DNA from: Pirellulales bacterium
Lineage (GTDB): Bacteria > Planctomycetota > Planctomycetia > Pirellulales > UBA1268
Direction: 5' to 3'
Assembly: GCA_029246985.1 (NCBI GenBank)
Contig: JAQWMC010000002.1
Span: 1-50,690 of the forward strand
Length of the DNA: 50,690 bases
Positions 1 through 9,538 of this stretch are shown here, in pieces. A model generated the notes under the pieces. That model saw only the letters and a list, made by a program, of their open reading frames with translations. It searched no databases and had not been told where the DNA came from. The translations under genes were made by a program, and so were the position numbers. Within the stretch, counting starts at the first letter, position 1; each line of letters begins with the position of its first letter.

Positions 1-189
1 GGACTGATTCATGGTTCTTCTGATTCGATAGCAGCAGAGCCATTTGATAGCCCGGTCACAATCGAGGATCTTGCAACAACGGTCTACCATTGCCTCGGAA
101 TTGTCGCGGAAAAGGAACTGATGGCTCCTGGAGCGCGTCCGGTTGAGATTGTTGATGGCGGGAAGGTTCGGCACGAGCTACTCGTCTGA
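1..189 (+). CDS. DUF1501-family protein, C-terminal fragment (5' truncated by window)
   Basis: Frame 1 reads GLIHGSSD..P..PVTIEDLATTVYHCLGI...APGARPVEIVDGGKV..LV then TGA at 187-189, a typical DUF1501 C-terminus; lies upstream of PPC and DUF1553 genes as is usual. Confidence 0.8.
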   Translation, partial: GLIHGSSDSIAAEPFDSPVTIEDLATTVYHCLGIVAEKELMAPGARPVEIVDGGKVRHELLV

Positions 190-251
190 CCCGTCACTGC
201 TGTATGGATGTGTATTTTCTGATCCACCCCCCTCTTTAAGAAAATAGTCCC

Positions 252-2801
252 GTGATAGAAAATAGGAAAAGTTGTAAGCAAGTTGTGCGAATCGCTGCAG
301 CTACTCTTTGTAGTTTCGTGCTTCTCCCTCATGTATGCCGAGCCGCGCCAACGATTGGGAAAATTGTGCCCGCTGGTGCAACGCAAGGAAGTGAAGTTGA
401 AGTACTTGTGTTTGGCACAAATCTGCACGACCCACAGGCTCTTTTTTTTGAAGACGGAATTGTTCAGCAGACAAAGATCGAATCCGTTAACGATAAGCAG
501 TTGAAAGTGGTTCTGAACGTTCCGAAGGATGCTCCTTTTGGCAACCACCGCTTTCGAATTCGTACTAAAAAAGGTCTTTCACTGCTTCGTACTTTTCGAG
601 TGGGACCTTTCCCACAGGTGATTGAAGCGGAAACTGATTCGTCCCAGAAAAAGCCTTCAAACAACACAGTAGAGGAAGCGCAAGCGATTCAAGTCCCGCA
701 GGCTGGTGGTCTGACAATTGCTGGGGTCGTGGAGAAAGAAGACGTCGACTGTTATCAGGTAAGGCTCAAGAAGGGCAATCGTCTCTCGGTTGCTGTGGAC
801 GGCGTTCGGCTCAATTACACGCCCTTTGACCCCTATATCGACATTGTTGACAGCGATGGTTTTGTACTCACCGCGAGCGATGACCATCCGTTGATGGAAC
901 AAGATGCGATTATGGCGTTCACGGCCCCCGAAGACGGGAGCTTTTTTGTTCGGGTCCGTGAAAGTGCCTACGGTGGCAGTTCGGCTTGCAGCTATCTTCT
1001 GCATGTTGGCCGATTTCCAACACCATCAGTCGGACTTCCTCCGGGAGCAAACCCGGGGTCTGAGGTTGTCGTGAAATGGCTTGGTGATCCAGCAGGTGGA
1101 TTTGAGTCAAAAGTAAAAATCCCCAACGCGTTCCCTCGTGCGTCCTCTGAAATAAGCCGTTTGCTCTCGGTGCATCCGCGACGTGACGGAGTGATTGCAG
1201 CTGAAGCCGTTCCACTTCGAGTGACAAATCTTCCGGTGAGCAAGGAGACCGACTCCAATGATTCACCCGATGGGAATCCATCTGTCCCTGCCCCGGCTGC
1301 TATCTGGGGGCTTCTTGAAAAGGAGAACGACACTGACTGGATACGAATCGAAGCACCAAAAGGATCAAAATGGTCTGTGAAGGGATGGGGCAGACGTGTT
1401 GGTTCACCGATTGATTTGACGCTCAACGCGTATCGGGATAACGAAAAGCATGCTCGAATAACTGGTAATGATGATTCGGGTGGTCCAGATAGCTTGATGA
1501 ATGTAACAACTCCGGAAGAGGGCTCATTTCTCATTCGTGTGAGTGACCATCAGAAGCGCGGGGGTGATACTTTTGTTTGGTGGATCGAGGTTGAGCCGAT
1601 TGTGCCTCTTGTGAAACTTTCAGTGCCTCCGTCTCAAACAAAATCTCAAAATGACTTGTTTCCTCAAGTTCCCCGTGGGAATCGCACGACCGTAATCCTT
1701 AATGCCTCACGAAGTAACTTTAATGCTGAGTTAAAGTTGCTTTCTGAGAATCTTCCCAAAGGTGTTACTGCGACATGCCCGAACTTTCAAAATGGTGCAC
1801 CGGGGAGTTTTGTTGTATTCGAAGCGGTAAAGGATGCACCACTTTCCGCAGCGATGGCTGAATATAGAGCCGTAGACGCAGCTGATCAAACAAAAGTACT
1901 GGGCGGTCTGCAGCAAGGGACCGAGATGATTCATGGCAATCCGAATCGTACTCCATGGCGATACAGTCGAAGTACAGAAATGCCCGTGGCCGTTGTTGAA
2001 GAAGTCCCAGTTTCTCTGGAGCTCATTCAGCCTGCCGTTCCGCTTGTGAAAAATGGAAAAGCAGATCTTCTGGTTCGTGTCCATAAAGACGAAGGATTCA
2101 AAGGAAAGGTCCGACTCTTCTTTCCCTTCAAGCCACCTGGAATCGGAGCTGCATCTGGCGTCGATGTACCCGCTGATAAAAGTGAAGTGGTGTATCCGAT
2201 TAATGCAAGCGATAAGGCTCCTATTCATGATTGGGATGTTGTGGTGTCTGCAACTGTGACGTTTGAGGGAGAAGATGCCAAGGGTCGTCCGACGATACGA
2301 ATCTCATCTCGACCCGTAAAAATCACTGTGGCTGAACCATTTGTTCAAGTGGCACTCGACAAGGGAATGGCAGAGCAGGGACAGAACACAACATTCACCG
2401 GTACAGTTACCGTCCCAACAGCCTTCACGGGTGAAGCAAAGGCTGTTCTGCTGGGACTTCCTGCGAAAACAACGTCTGAGCCCCTTGTGATCACAGCAGA
2501 GAGTAAAGAGGTTGAGTTTGCAGTCGCCGTAGCCGCTGATGCTCCAGCTGGTAGGCATGCAAACATTGTCTGTGAAGTGCATGTTCCTCAAGAGGGACAT
2601 CAGATTGTTCACCGCATGGCGGCGACTGAATTTCGAATCGATAAGCCACTGCCAGCGAAGGTATCGGCTGCTCCAAAACCGGAGCCACCAAAGCCAAAAC
2701 AACAGAAGAAAAAAGTTTCACGTCGCGAGCAATTACGAATTCAGGCACGGGCGGTTTCACAGTCTGGTCCATCGCAAGAATCCAAAGGAGCCGCTCAGTG
2801 A
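252..2801 (+). CDS. Secreted PPC (pre-peptidase C-terminal) domain protein, planctomycete type
   Basis: Signal peptide, P.G...G..VEV N-terminus, two E.E.N / DVDCY / DTDWI and NDD PPC-like repeats, basic C-tail (VSRREQLR); no protease catalytic motif seen; start codon uncertain. Confidence 0.75.
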   Translation: MIENRKSCKQVVRIAAATLCSFVLLPHVCRAAPTIGKIVPAGATQGSEVEVLVFGTNLHDPQALFFEDGIVQQTKIESVNDKQLKVVLNVPKDAPFGNHRFRIRTKKGLSLLRTFRVGPFPQVIEAETDSSQKKPSNNTVEEAQAIQVPQAGGLTIAGVVEKEDVDCYQVRLKKGNRLSVAVDGVRLNYTPFDPYIDIVDSDGFVLTASDDHPLMEQDAIMAFTAPEDGSFFVRVRESAYGGSSACSYLLHVGRFPTPSVGLPPGANPGSEVVVKWLGDPAGGFESKVKIPNAFPRASSEISRLLSVHPRRDGVIAAEAVPLRVTNLPVSKETDSNDSPDGNPSVPAPAAIWGLLEKENDTDWIRIEAPKGSKWSVKGWGRRVGSPIDLTLNAYRDNEKHARITGNDDSGGPDSLMNVTTPEEGSFLIRVSDHQKRGGDTFVWWIEVEPIVPLVKLSVPPSQTKSQNDLFPQVPRGNRTTVILNASRSNFNAELKLLSENLPKGVTATCPNFQNGAPGSFVVFEAVKDAPLSAAMAEYRAVDAADQTKVLGGLQQGTEMIHGNPNRTPWRYSRSTEMPVAVVEEVPVSLELIQPAVPLVKNGKADLLVRVHKDEGFKGKVRLFFPFKPPGIGAASGVDVPADKSEVVYPINASDKAPIHDWDVVVSATVTFEGEDAKGRPTIRISSRPVKITVAEPFVQVALDKGMAEQGQNTTFTGTVTVPTAFTGEAKAVLLGLPAKTTSEPLVITAESKEVEFAVAVAADAPAGRHANIVCEVHVPQEGHQIVHRMAATEFRIDKPLPAKVSAAPKPEPPKPKQQKKKVSRREQLRIQARAVSQSGPSQESKGAAQ

Positions 2802-5302
2802 AAGATGAAGCTGGAGCAATTACATACTCGATGAGATGCCGTGTTTTTTGGAAATGTATCGGGCCAGTACTTTGTTGTCTTGCCACAACCTCTTTGTCGG
2901 CTCAAGAAAAAGCAGTCGTGGGAATAAAGGTTTTCCCTCCCGCAGTGCGGCTCGATTCAGCACGAGACTTCCAGACAATTATCGTGCAGGCAACGCGGGA
3001 AGATAGTGTGACTGAAGACGTAACACGTGCCGCCAAGATGGCTTTCAAAAATCCGGAATGTGCCACGCTTGAACGAATTGAGGGTGATGCCGGTCTTTCC
3101 ATTCGGCTTTCTCCGAAACAGGATGGCGATACTGTGCTGGTGATTACATATGGTGAGCATCAAGCCGAACTTCCAGTTAGCGTGCAATCAGCAGCAAAGG
3201 AACCTCCGCTGTCTTTTCGTTTGGACGTCATGCCCGTATTTGCCCGTGCCGGGTGCAATATGGGAAGTTGCCATGGGGCAGCTCGCGGGAAGGATGGATT
3301 TCGACTTTCCTTATTCGGTTTTGACCCGGCTGGTGATTACCACCGATTGACGCGTGAAATGCCCGGGCGGCGAATCAATCTTGGGAATCCCGAGGGGAGT
3401 CTGGTTGTTCAGAAAGCAGTCGGTGCGGTTGCTCATACAGGCGGGAAGCGTTTTGAGAAAGATAGCGAACTTGCAGACCGTCTCATTCGTTGGATTACAG
3501 CAGGGGCACAGGACGATCCAAATGCGGGTAAAGATATTCCAAAATTACAGGCGGTCGATCTGTATCCGCCCACAACTCTTCTTGAAGGCGAGCAAGCTAC
3601 TCAGCAATTGGTTGCCGTTGCCCGATTCTCAGATGGTACTGATAGAGATGTGACAGATCTCGTCTGGTATGGATCAAATAATGATGCATCTGTAGGCATC
3701 ACGTCGTCTGGAAATGCTGCTAGCGGCCAGCGAGGAGAGTCATTTGTCATGGCTCGATACGACACCATAACAGTCGGCGTTCCAGTTGTGGTCATTCCAA
3801 AGAATCTCACTTTCGAGTATCCCGAATCAGAGGGAAATACCTGGGTTGATGACCTCGTGGATACGAAGCTCAAGAGCCTTCGTATTGCACCCTCTCAAGT
3901 TTGTGGCGATGAAACATTTTTGCGTCGGGTCAGTATTGATCTTGTTGGGCTTCTTCCTACCCAAGAAGAAAGGGATGCTTTTCTTGCTGACAAGTCCCCA
4001 CAAAAAAGATCAGAGTACGTTGAACATTTGCTTGGTCGCAAAGAGTTTGTTGATCTTTGGGTGATGAAATGGGCAGAAATCCTGCAAATTCGCTCTATCA
4101 ATAATATTGTGGATAAAAAGGGTGCCTTGCTGTATCACCAATGGCTTGATCGCCGCATCGCCTCAAACCAGCCGGTTGATCAAATGGTACGAGACTTGGT
4201 AACGGCTTCTGGTGGGACTTTTGAAAATCCTCCCACCAATTATTATCAGGCTGAAAGAAATACCCTGAAGTTGACCGAAAATGTTGCGCAGGCCTTCTTG
4301 GGAATGCGGATTCAATGCGCGCAGTGTCATAATCATCCATTTGATCGATGGACAATGGATGACTACTACGGATTCGCAGCCTTCTTTGCCCAAATCGGAA
4401 GAAAGAGGGCAGATGATCCACGGGAGACCATCATCTACAACTCTGGTGGTGGTGGGATGAAGCATCCTGTGTCTGGCCAGACGGTGGCACCAAAATATCT
4501 AGGGGCAGGTGAAGCAGAGGTCACGAATCGAGACAGGCGAGAAGCTGTTGCAGAGTGGCTGGTATCACCCGAAAATCCATTTTTCGCAAAGCGAATTGCC
4601 AACCTTGTGTGGACTCATTTTCTTGGCAGAGGCATTGTTCATGAGCCGGATGATTTTCGTGTAAGTAATCCACCAGTGAATGGCCCGTTGCTTGATGCCC
4701 TGGCAAGCCATCTCGTGAAGTCAAAGTGGGATTTCAGAGAACTTGTCAGGGAGATTGTAAATTCAAAAACATATCAGCGAGCGTGCGACACAAACGATAC
4801 AAATGTGCTTGATAACTCAAATTTCTCACATTCGGCTGTGCGACGAATTCGGGCGGAGGTGCTTCTTGATATTCTTGCGCAGGTAACCGAAACAAAAAAT
4901 AAGTTCCCAGGTCTTCCTGAAGGAGCTCGGGCGGTTCAGGTGGCCGATGGTCGTACATCGACCTACTTTCTAACCACTTTCGGAAGGGCTACTCGGGAAG
5001 AGGTCTGTTCCTGTGCGGTGAGTATGGATCCAAGTCTATCGCAGGCACTCCATCTGCTTAATGGAGATGTTGGGAATCAGAGAATTCAGAAGGGTGGCGT
5101 TATTGATCGTTGGATTAAAGAAGGACGACCCGATACTGAAATTATTGATGAGCTCTTTGTTCGATGCTACGGAAGATTCCCCCAGGAGCGAGAGCGCGTC
5201 GAGACACTCGTAGCCGTTCAGGCTGGTACAGGGCGTAAGCAGTCCCTCGAGGATGTTTTCTGGGCACTTTTAAATTCACCTGAATTTATTTTTAACCATT
5301 AG
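2798..5302 (+). CDS. DUF1549/DUF1553 protein with Ig-like (Big_2) domains
   Basis: SFRLDVMPVF..AGCNMGSCHG, FLRRVSIDLVG, FLGMRIQCAQCHNHPFD, LGRGIV, EDVFWALLNSPEFIFNH; GTGA overlap with upstream stop. Confidence 0.9.
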   Translation: MKDEAGAITYSMRCRVFWKCIGPVLCCLATTSLSAQEKAVVGIKVFPPAVRLDSARDFQTIIVQATREDSVTEDVTRAAKMAFKNPECATLERIEGDAGLSIRLSPKQDGDTVLVITYGEHQAELPVSVQSAAKEPPLSFRLDVMPVFARAGCNMGSCHGAARGKDGFRLSLFGFDPAGDYHRLTREMPGRRINLGNPEGSLVVQKAVGAVAHTGGKRFEKDSELADRLIRWITAGAQDDPNAGKDIPKLQAVDLYPPTTLLEGEQATQQLVAVARFSDGTDRDVTDLVWYGSNNDASVGITSSGNAASGQRGESFVMARYDTITVGVPVVVIPKNLTFEYPESEGNTWVDDLVDTKLKSLRIAPSQVCGDETFLRRVSIDLVGLLPTQEERDAFLADKSPQKRSEYVEHLLGRKEFVDLWVMKWAEILQIRSINNIVDKKGALLYHQWLDRRIASNQPVDQMVRDLVTASGGTFENPPTNYYQAERNTLKLTENVAQAFLGMRIQCAQCHNHPFDRWTMDDYYGFAAFFAQIGRKRADDPRETIIYNSGGGGMKHPVSGQTVAPKYLGAGEAEVTNRDRREAVAEWLVSPENPFFAKRIANLVWTHFLGRGIVHEPDDFRVSNPPVNGPLLDALASHLVKSKWDFRELVREIVNSKTYQRACDTNDTNVLDNSNFSHSAVRRIRAEVLLDILAQVTETKNKFPGLPEGARAVQVADGRTSTYFLTTFGRATREEVCSCAVSMDPSLSQALHLLNGDVGNQRIQKGGVIDRWIKEGRPDTEIIDELFVRCYGRFPQERERVETLVAVQAGTGRKQSLEDVFWALLNSPEFIFNH

Positions 5303-5357
5303 TAGTTGAAAGCGTGTTCTCATCTCACACTGAGACACGTTTTGAGAATCTAAATCA

Positions 5358-7445
5358 ATGAATAGATATTTCAATGCGATGAAAAGAAATCACCGGCGAG
5401 GATTGCCATGTTCACGTACGTGGCAGTTTCTGAATGCTATGCTTTGTGTACTTCTTTTTTCTGCATCAACAGCAATGGCGGAGGACAAGCCTCCGACGTA
5501 CGAGGATCATGTGTTACCAGTTTTTCGTGAGAAGTGTTGTAGTTGTCACAATGCAGATCGAAAGGCTGGCGGGCTTGATTTGACGAGCTACCAGCAAATG
5601 ATGGCCGGCGGTAATTCGGGTGATGTCGTTGCTGGTGGAGATGCTGATGGATCCTATCTATGGCAGGTTGTCAGCCATGAATCAGAGCCAACGATGCCAC
5701 CTGATGCCGACCGTATTCCTGATGCGATGTTGAAGGTGATAAAGGAATGGATAGCTGGTGGAATTATTGAGCGGGATGGGGCAAGGCCTGTTGCTCAGAA
5801 GGCAAGTTCTTCGCTCGCTCTTGATTCCGGTTCAATTGTGAAGCCTAGCGGCCCACTGATTATGCCACCTCGCTTGTCACTCGAGCCATGTTTTCACGGA
5901 CTGCGGCCAACAACAATTCGGTCAATCGACGCCTCGCCTCATGGTGATCTTGTGGCAGTTGGAAGTAGCCAGCAGGTTTTATTGTTTGAGCCACGAACAC
6001 GTGAATGTATTGGTGTGCTGCCTTTTCCTGAAGGCGAGTGTACGAACCTTCGGTTTTCTCGGAGTGCAAAACTTCTTCTTTCGGGAGGAGGTATTGCTGC
6101 CAAAAGTGGTCGGGTGGTGATTTGGGATGTAGCCAGTGCTCAGCGAGTAATGGAACTCGGAGATGAGTTTGATGAGGTATTGGCTGCGGACCTGTCTGCT
6201 GATCAACGTCTGGTCGCTTTGGGAGGGTCGGCGAAGGTTGTACGTCTTCTTCAGACATCAAATGGTGTCGTAGAGAGTGAAATAACAAAACACACGGACT
6301 GGATAACCAGTGTTTCCTTTTCTCCTGACAGCGTGCTGCTCGCAACAGGTGATCGTGCAGGCAATCTTTTTCTGTGGGAGTCATTCGGTGCTCGCCATTG
6401 GGGAGATCTCAAAGGCCAAAAAGCTGGTATCACTGCAATTGACTGGCGAGCTGATGGGATTGTGCTAGCGACAGCGTCTGAGGATGGCACGATACATCTC
6501 TGGGAAGCCGATACTGCTAAGAAGGTGAAGTCCTGGTCTGCCCATGGCGGTGGAACAACCGATGTAAGGTGGCTTAACGATGGTCGGCTTGTATCAACGG
6601 GTCGTGATCGGAAAGTAAAACTATGGAAAGCTGACGGTACTCTTGAGAATGAACTTGGAACTCTTCCGGATATCGGTACAAAAGTGGCGGTTACCTCTGG
6701 GATTCCCCTTGTGATTGCCGGAGACTGGTCGGGTCAAATAACGATTTATGACGTTGCCAAACCAGCACAACTGGGCGTGTTGGATTCCAATCCAGAGCCA
6801 CTCTCGCAACGCGTAGATCGTGCCCAGAAAGCAACCGTTGCTTCAAAAAAGAAAGCACAGGAGGTTCTTTTAGAAAAAGAAAAGGCAGTAAAGACTGAGG
6901 CGAATCTCATTTCCCAGCTCGCCGCAGCCAATAAAAGTCTCGGTGTTACAGGCGGCGAAGAGAAAAATAAGAAGTCTCTAGCCGAAGTAGCTGCTGATGG
7001 AGTGAAAACAGTAGAGGCTCGACTGGTTGTGGTAAAAGCAAAGGTGAAGAAGGCGACCGAGATAGTCTCATCTCTTGAGAGCACGGTGAATGATACGAAT
7101 GGAAGTGCAGAGAAAGAGATTGCTGGAAAGATTCTGAATGCCGCAAAGAAAACATTAATAGAAACCCAGGCATCAGTCGTACGTGCTGAACAAGAGCTTC
7201 AGGAATCACGAAAGACAAACGCCGCTGCTATTAGTGAGCAGAAGGCTGCAGAGAAAAAGCTTGCTGATGTAAATTCACAAGTTAAACAACTCAATGAGCA
7301 AGTGGAAAATGCAGTAAGCAAACGAAAAACGCTCAGCGAAAAATACGCCAGCCTCGCGGGGGAATGTAAGGTGTGTGAGAAAATCCTGAAAAAGTGGCAA
7401 GACGAACTTGCCTTTTCACAGGGTGCTGGTCGTACATCCGAGTGA
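5358..7445 (+). CDS. Planctomycete cytochrome c (PSCyt1) + WD40 propeller + coiled-coil protein
   Basis: YEDHVLPVFREKCCSCH...GLDL...MPP...WI..G, then WD40 repeats (HTDWITSVSFSPD, LATASEDGTIHLWE) and a long A/E/K-rich coiled coil; signal peptide ends at AMA. Confidence 0.88.
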   Translation: MNRYFNAMKRNHRRGLPCSRTWQFLNAMLCVLLFSASTAMAEDKPPTYEDHVLPVFREKCCSCHNADRKAGGLDLTSYQQMMAGGNSGDVVAGGDADGSYLWQVVSHESEPTMPPDADRIPDAMLKVIKEWIAGGIIERDGARPVAQKASSSLALDSGSIVKPSGPLIMPPRLSLEPCFHGLRPTTIRSIDASPHGDLVAVGSSQQVLLFEPRTRECIGVLPFPEGECTNLRFSRSAKLLLSGGGIAAKSGRVVIWDVASAQRVMELGDEFDEVLAADLSADQRLVALGGSAKVVRLLQTSNGVVESEITKHTDWITSVSFSPDSVLLATGDRAGNLFLWESFGARHWGDLKGQKAGITAIDWRADGIVLATASEDGTIHLWEADTAKKVKSWSAHGGGTTDVRWLNDGRLVSTGRDRKVKLWKADGTLENELGTLPDIGTKVAVTSGIPLVIAGDWSGQITIYDVAKPAQLGVLDSNPEPLSQRVDRAQKATVASKKKAQEVLLEKEKAVKTEANLISQLAAANKSLGVTGGEEKNKKSLAEVAADGVKTVEARLVVVKAKVKKATEIVSSLESTVNDTNGSAEKEIAGKILNAAKKTLIETQASVVRAEQELQESRKTNAAAISEQKAAEKKLADVNSQVKQLNEQVENAVSKRKTLSEKYASLAGECKVCEKILKKWQDELAFSQGAGRTSE

Positions 7446-7481
7446 AATGCAGCAGAGACGATGTATCACTGCTTCTAAGCA

Positions 7482-7514
7482 GCGTGCGGTTGTCAACCAG
7501 CACGCAACCTTTTT
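7482..7514 (+). terminator. Probable intrinsic terminator of the DUF1501 module
   Basis: gcgtgc-ggtt/gtc/aacc-a-gcacgc hairpin followed by aaccttttt, about 36 nt after the stop. Confidence 0.5.
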
Positions 7515-7724
7515 CAATGTGATTCCCAGCGAGTGCAGGCTATCGATATGCCTAATACTTCCTGTTTGGATAACTCTCATATGTGCTGAAAACCATGCCA
7601 GCCTTTTTAGTATCAGTTTATCTGTTACCAGAGGCTATCGCTCGTTCAAGCAGATTCCATACTTATAAAAAGACGAACCAGCCCAGGCATGCAATCCGGA
7701 CTGGTTCGTGTAGGTGTAAGTGCA

Positions 7725-8495
7725 TTAGTTGGTCTGAGAAGCTGGTTTTTGCTCAGCTGGAAGATCACCGCGAAGCAATCCTTTAATCGGAGCTCTCGAA
7801 GGGTCGTTCTCCATTTTCTTAATAAGAGCAATCCCAGAAATAATAATCTCTCTGTGGGCTTTTTCGTGATCCGTAAGGCCTTCATTCGCTGAAAGCCGAC
7901 TTACATAAGCCGAAATCTCATTCGTGCCAGACTCAAACTCTTTCAGGTTTTCCTCGATGATGATCTCGATCATTTTTCGAAGGTTCGGAGCAATTTTACC
8001 AACCGCTGCTTCGAGTTCACCTTCTCTTGCCAGGTCAATCTTTTTCTCTTTTGCTTGAGTGATGACGTCATTAAATCCTTCATGGATGACGTCGTAAGCC
8101 TTCTTCTCAATTTCTTCAAACTCTTTCTCAAAGAAGCTAACAATGAAGGAATCAGCCTGATCAAGAACTTCTGGTACAGCGTCGAGAATCATTTTCTCAC
8201 TTTTTTTGACTACCATTGGTGCTTGCGCCTCCAGTGACTCGGTAAGTTGCGCGGGTGCTTGTTGAAGACGAGGCTCAACTTGATCGGCAACGAGTTGAAC
8301 AAGAGTCGGGGCCTCAGCGACAGAAGCGATGGTCGTAGATAAGAAACGTAGGTAGATCCCGACTCCTACAAGAAGGCATGCCATAACAAGAACCGTAAGC
8401 ATAAAGCGACTCTTTGCTTTGCTCGCGGTCTTCCCAACCCGATCCTCTAGTGCCCGTAAACGGTTCTCTATAGTAGATAAATCTGAATTAGACAT
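7725..8495 (-). CDS. Hypothetical single-TM protein with long alpha-helical domain
   Basis: 256 aa; short N-terminal coiled coil, TM FMLTVLVMACLLVGVGIYL, E/K/A-rich helical remainder. Confidence 0.8.
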   Translation of the reverse strand: MSNSDLSTIENRLRALEDRVGKTASKAKSRFMLTVLVMACLLVGVGIYLRFLSTTIASVAEAPTLVQLVADQVEPRLQQAPAQLTESLEAQAPMVVKKSEKMILDAVPEVLDQADSFIVSFFEKEFEEIEKKAYDVIHEGFNDVITQAKEKKIDLAREGELEAAVGKIAPNLRKMIEIIIEENLKEFESGTNEISAYVSRLSANEGLTDHEKAHREIIISGIALIKKMENDPSRAPIKGLLRGDLPAEQKPASQTN

Positions 8496-8563
8496 TGCTT
8501 GAAATCTCCATGAAATGAAAAGTGTTAATAAATAAAAGGATGTGATGGTAGAGGCTCATTGTT

Positions 8564-9331
8564 CTATAGGTCATCACTCGATAGAAAAGGAGAGTCTGTC
8601 TTGAGAACCGACATAGTAGGTGCGACAGTGCGATCAACAATGAGTAGAATGTTGTGCATGAATCGCTGTTGAAGGAGTTCTTCATTCATGGCCATTGCAG
8701 CCTCAATAGGAAGCGTGTCCAGCAGTTTGCTGATACGTTCGACTTCGTCCTTCGTGAGAGAGTGCAGCTGTTCCTGAAGTTTTTCGCTTTCTATCGCCAT
8801 TCCCTCTACGGTAATGTCAGAGAGTCTTTTGACGTTTTCCGGTGTGAGATTAGGAAGTTCACTTTTGACATCAGCTGCTACTTTATCGGTGACTCGCTGT
8901 AGGCTTTCATTTGCTTTTTCTTGCAACATGGTGGGCATGCGATCAGCCATTGATTTTGCTTCTTTTGTAATCATTTCCTGAAGCTTAGGACGAAGCGTCT
9001 TCAATCGCTCCAGTGCTAATGCACGATACGTTGGGACAGCTGCCATAGCAGCTTTCGTAAACTTTTCTTGAAGATCAGGGAGTAATTGCTCAGCCTTCTC
9101 CTGTAAGGCAGCCTGTAGTGTGTCCTCATTGAGCTGATTTTTTAGTGTTTTGAACAAAGTGAATCCAAAAATAAGAATCATTGAAAGAAGAGCAAGAGAA
9201 CCGACCAGAACAGTTATACGGCCAGAACGTTGGGAGCGGCTAATGCTGTCTAGGTTTTTCTCAAGACTATCAATTGCTCTGGAAAGATCTGCGGGAGTTT
9301 TCTGTGTATCAGAACTTTGATTATCGGTCAT
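8564..9331 (-). CDS. Hypothetical single-TM protein with long alpha-helical domain
   Basis: 255 aa; same architecture as neighbour (coiled coil, TM ITVLVGSLALLSMILIFGFTLF, helical domain); purine-rich RBS-like aagggtagg upstream. Confidence 0.8.
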   Translation of the reverse strand: MTDNQSSDTQKTPADLSRAIDSLEKNLDSISRSQRSGRITVLVGSLALLSMILIFGFTLFKTLKNQLNEDTLQAALQEKAEQLLPDLQEKFTKAAMAAVPTYRALALERLKTLRPKLQEMITKEAKSMADRMPTMLQEKANESLQRVTDKVAADVKSELPNLTPENVKRLSDITVEGMAIESEKLQEQLHSLTKDEVERISKLLDTLPIEAAMAMNEELLQQRFMHNILLIVDRTVAPTMSVLKTDSPFLSSDDL

Positions 9332-9538
9332 TTGCCTACCCTTTTAGTGTTGAGAATTCGTAAAAATGAACGGAAAGCGAAAATGTTTATGAGAAGAAAT
9401 CAACATGACTGAAGTAGCAAATATGTTGGTCCCCACTTGCAGAAAAGTAATATTCTTGAAATAGGCCATGTTAGGATGAATAAATCCTGCACCTAATATC
9501 CCCTCCCCACCATGATTTTGTACTTCTAGTAGTTTTCA

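Noticed and set aside
7408-7892. Small ORFs in or near the convergent gap after the WD40 gene
   Set aside because: No RBS or motifs; they overlap the terminator or neighbouring genes
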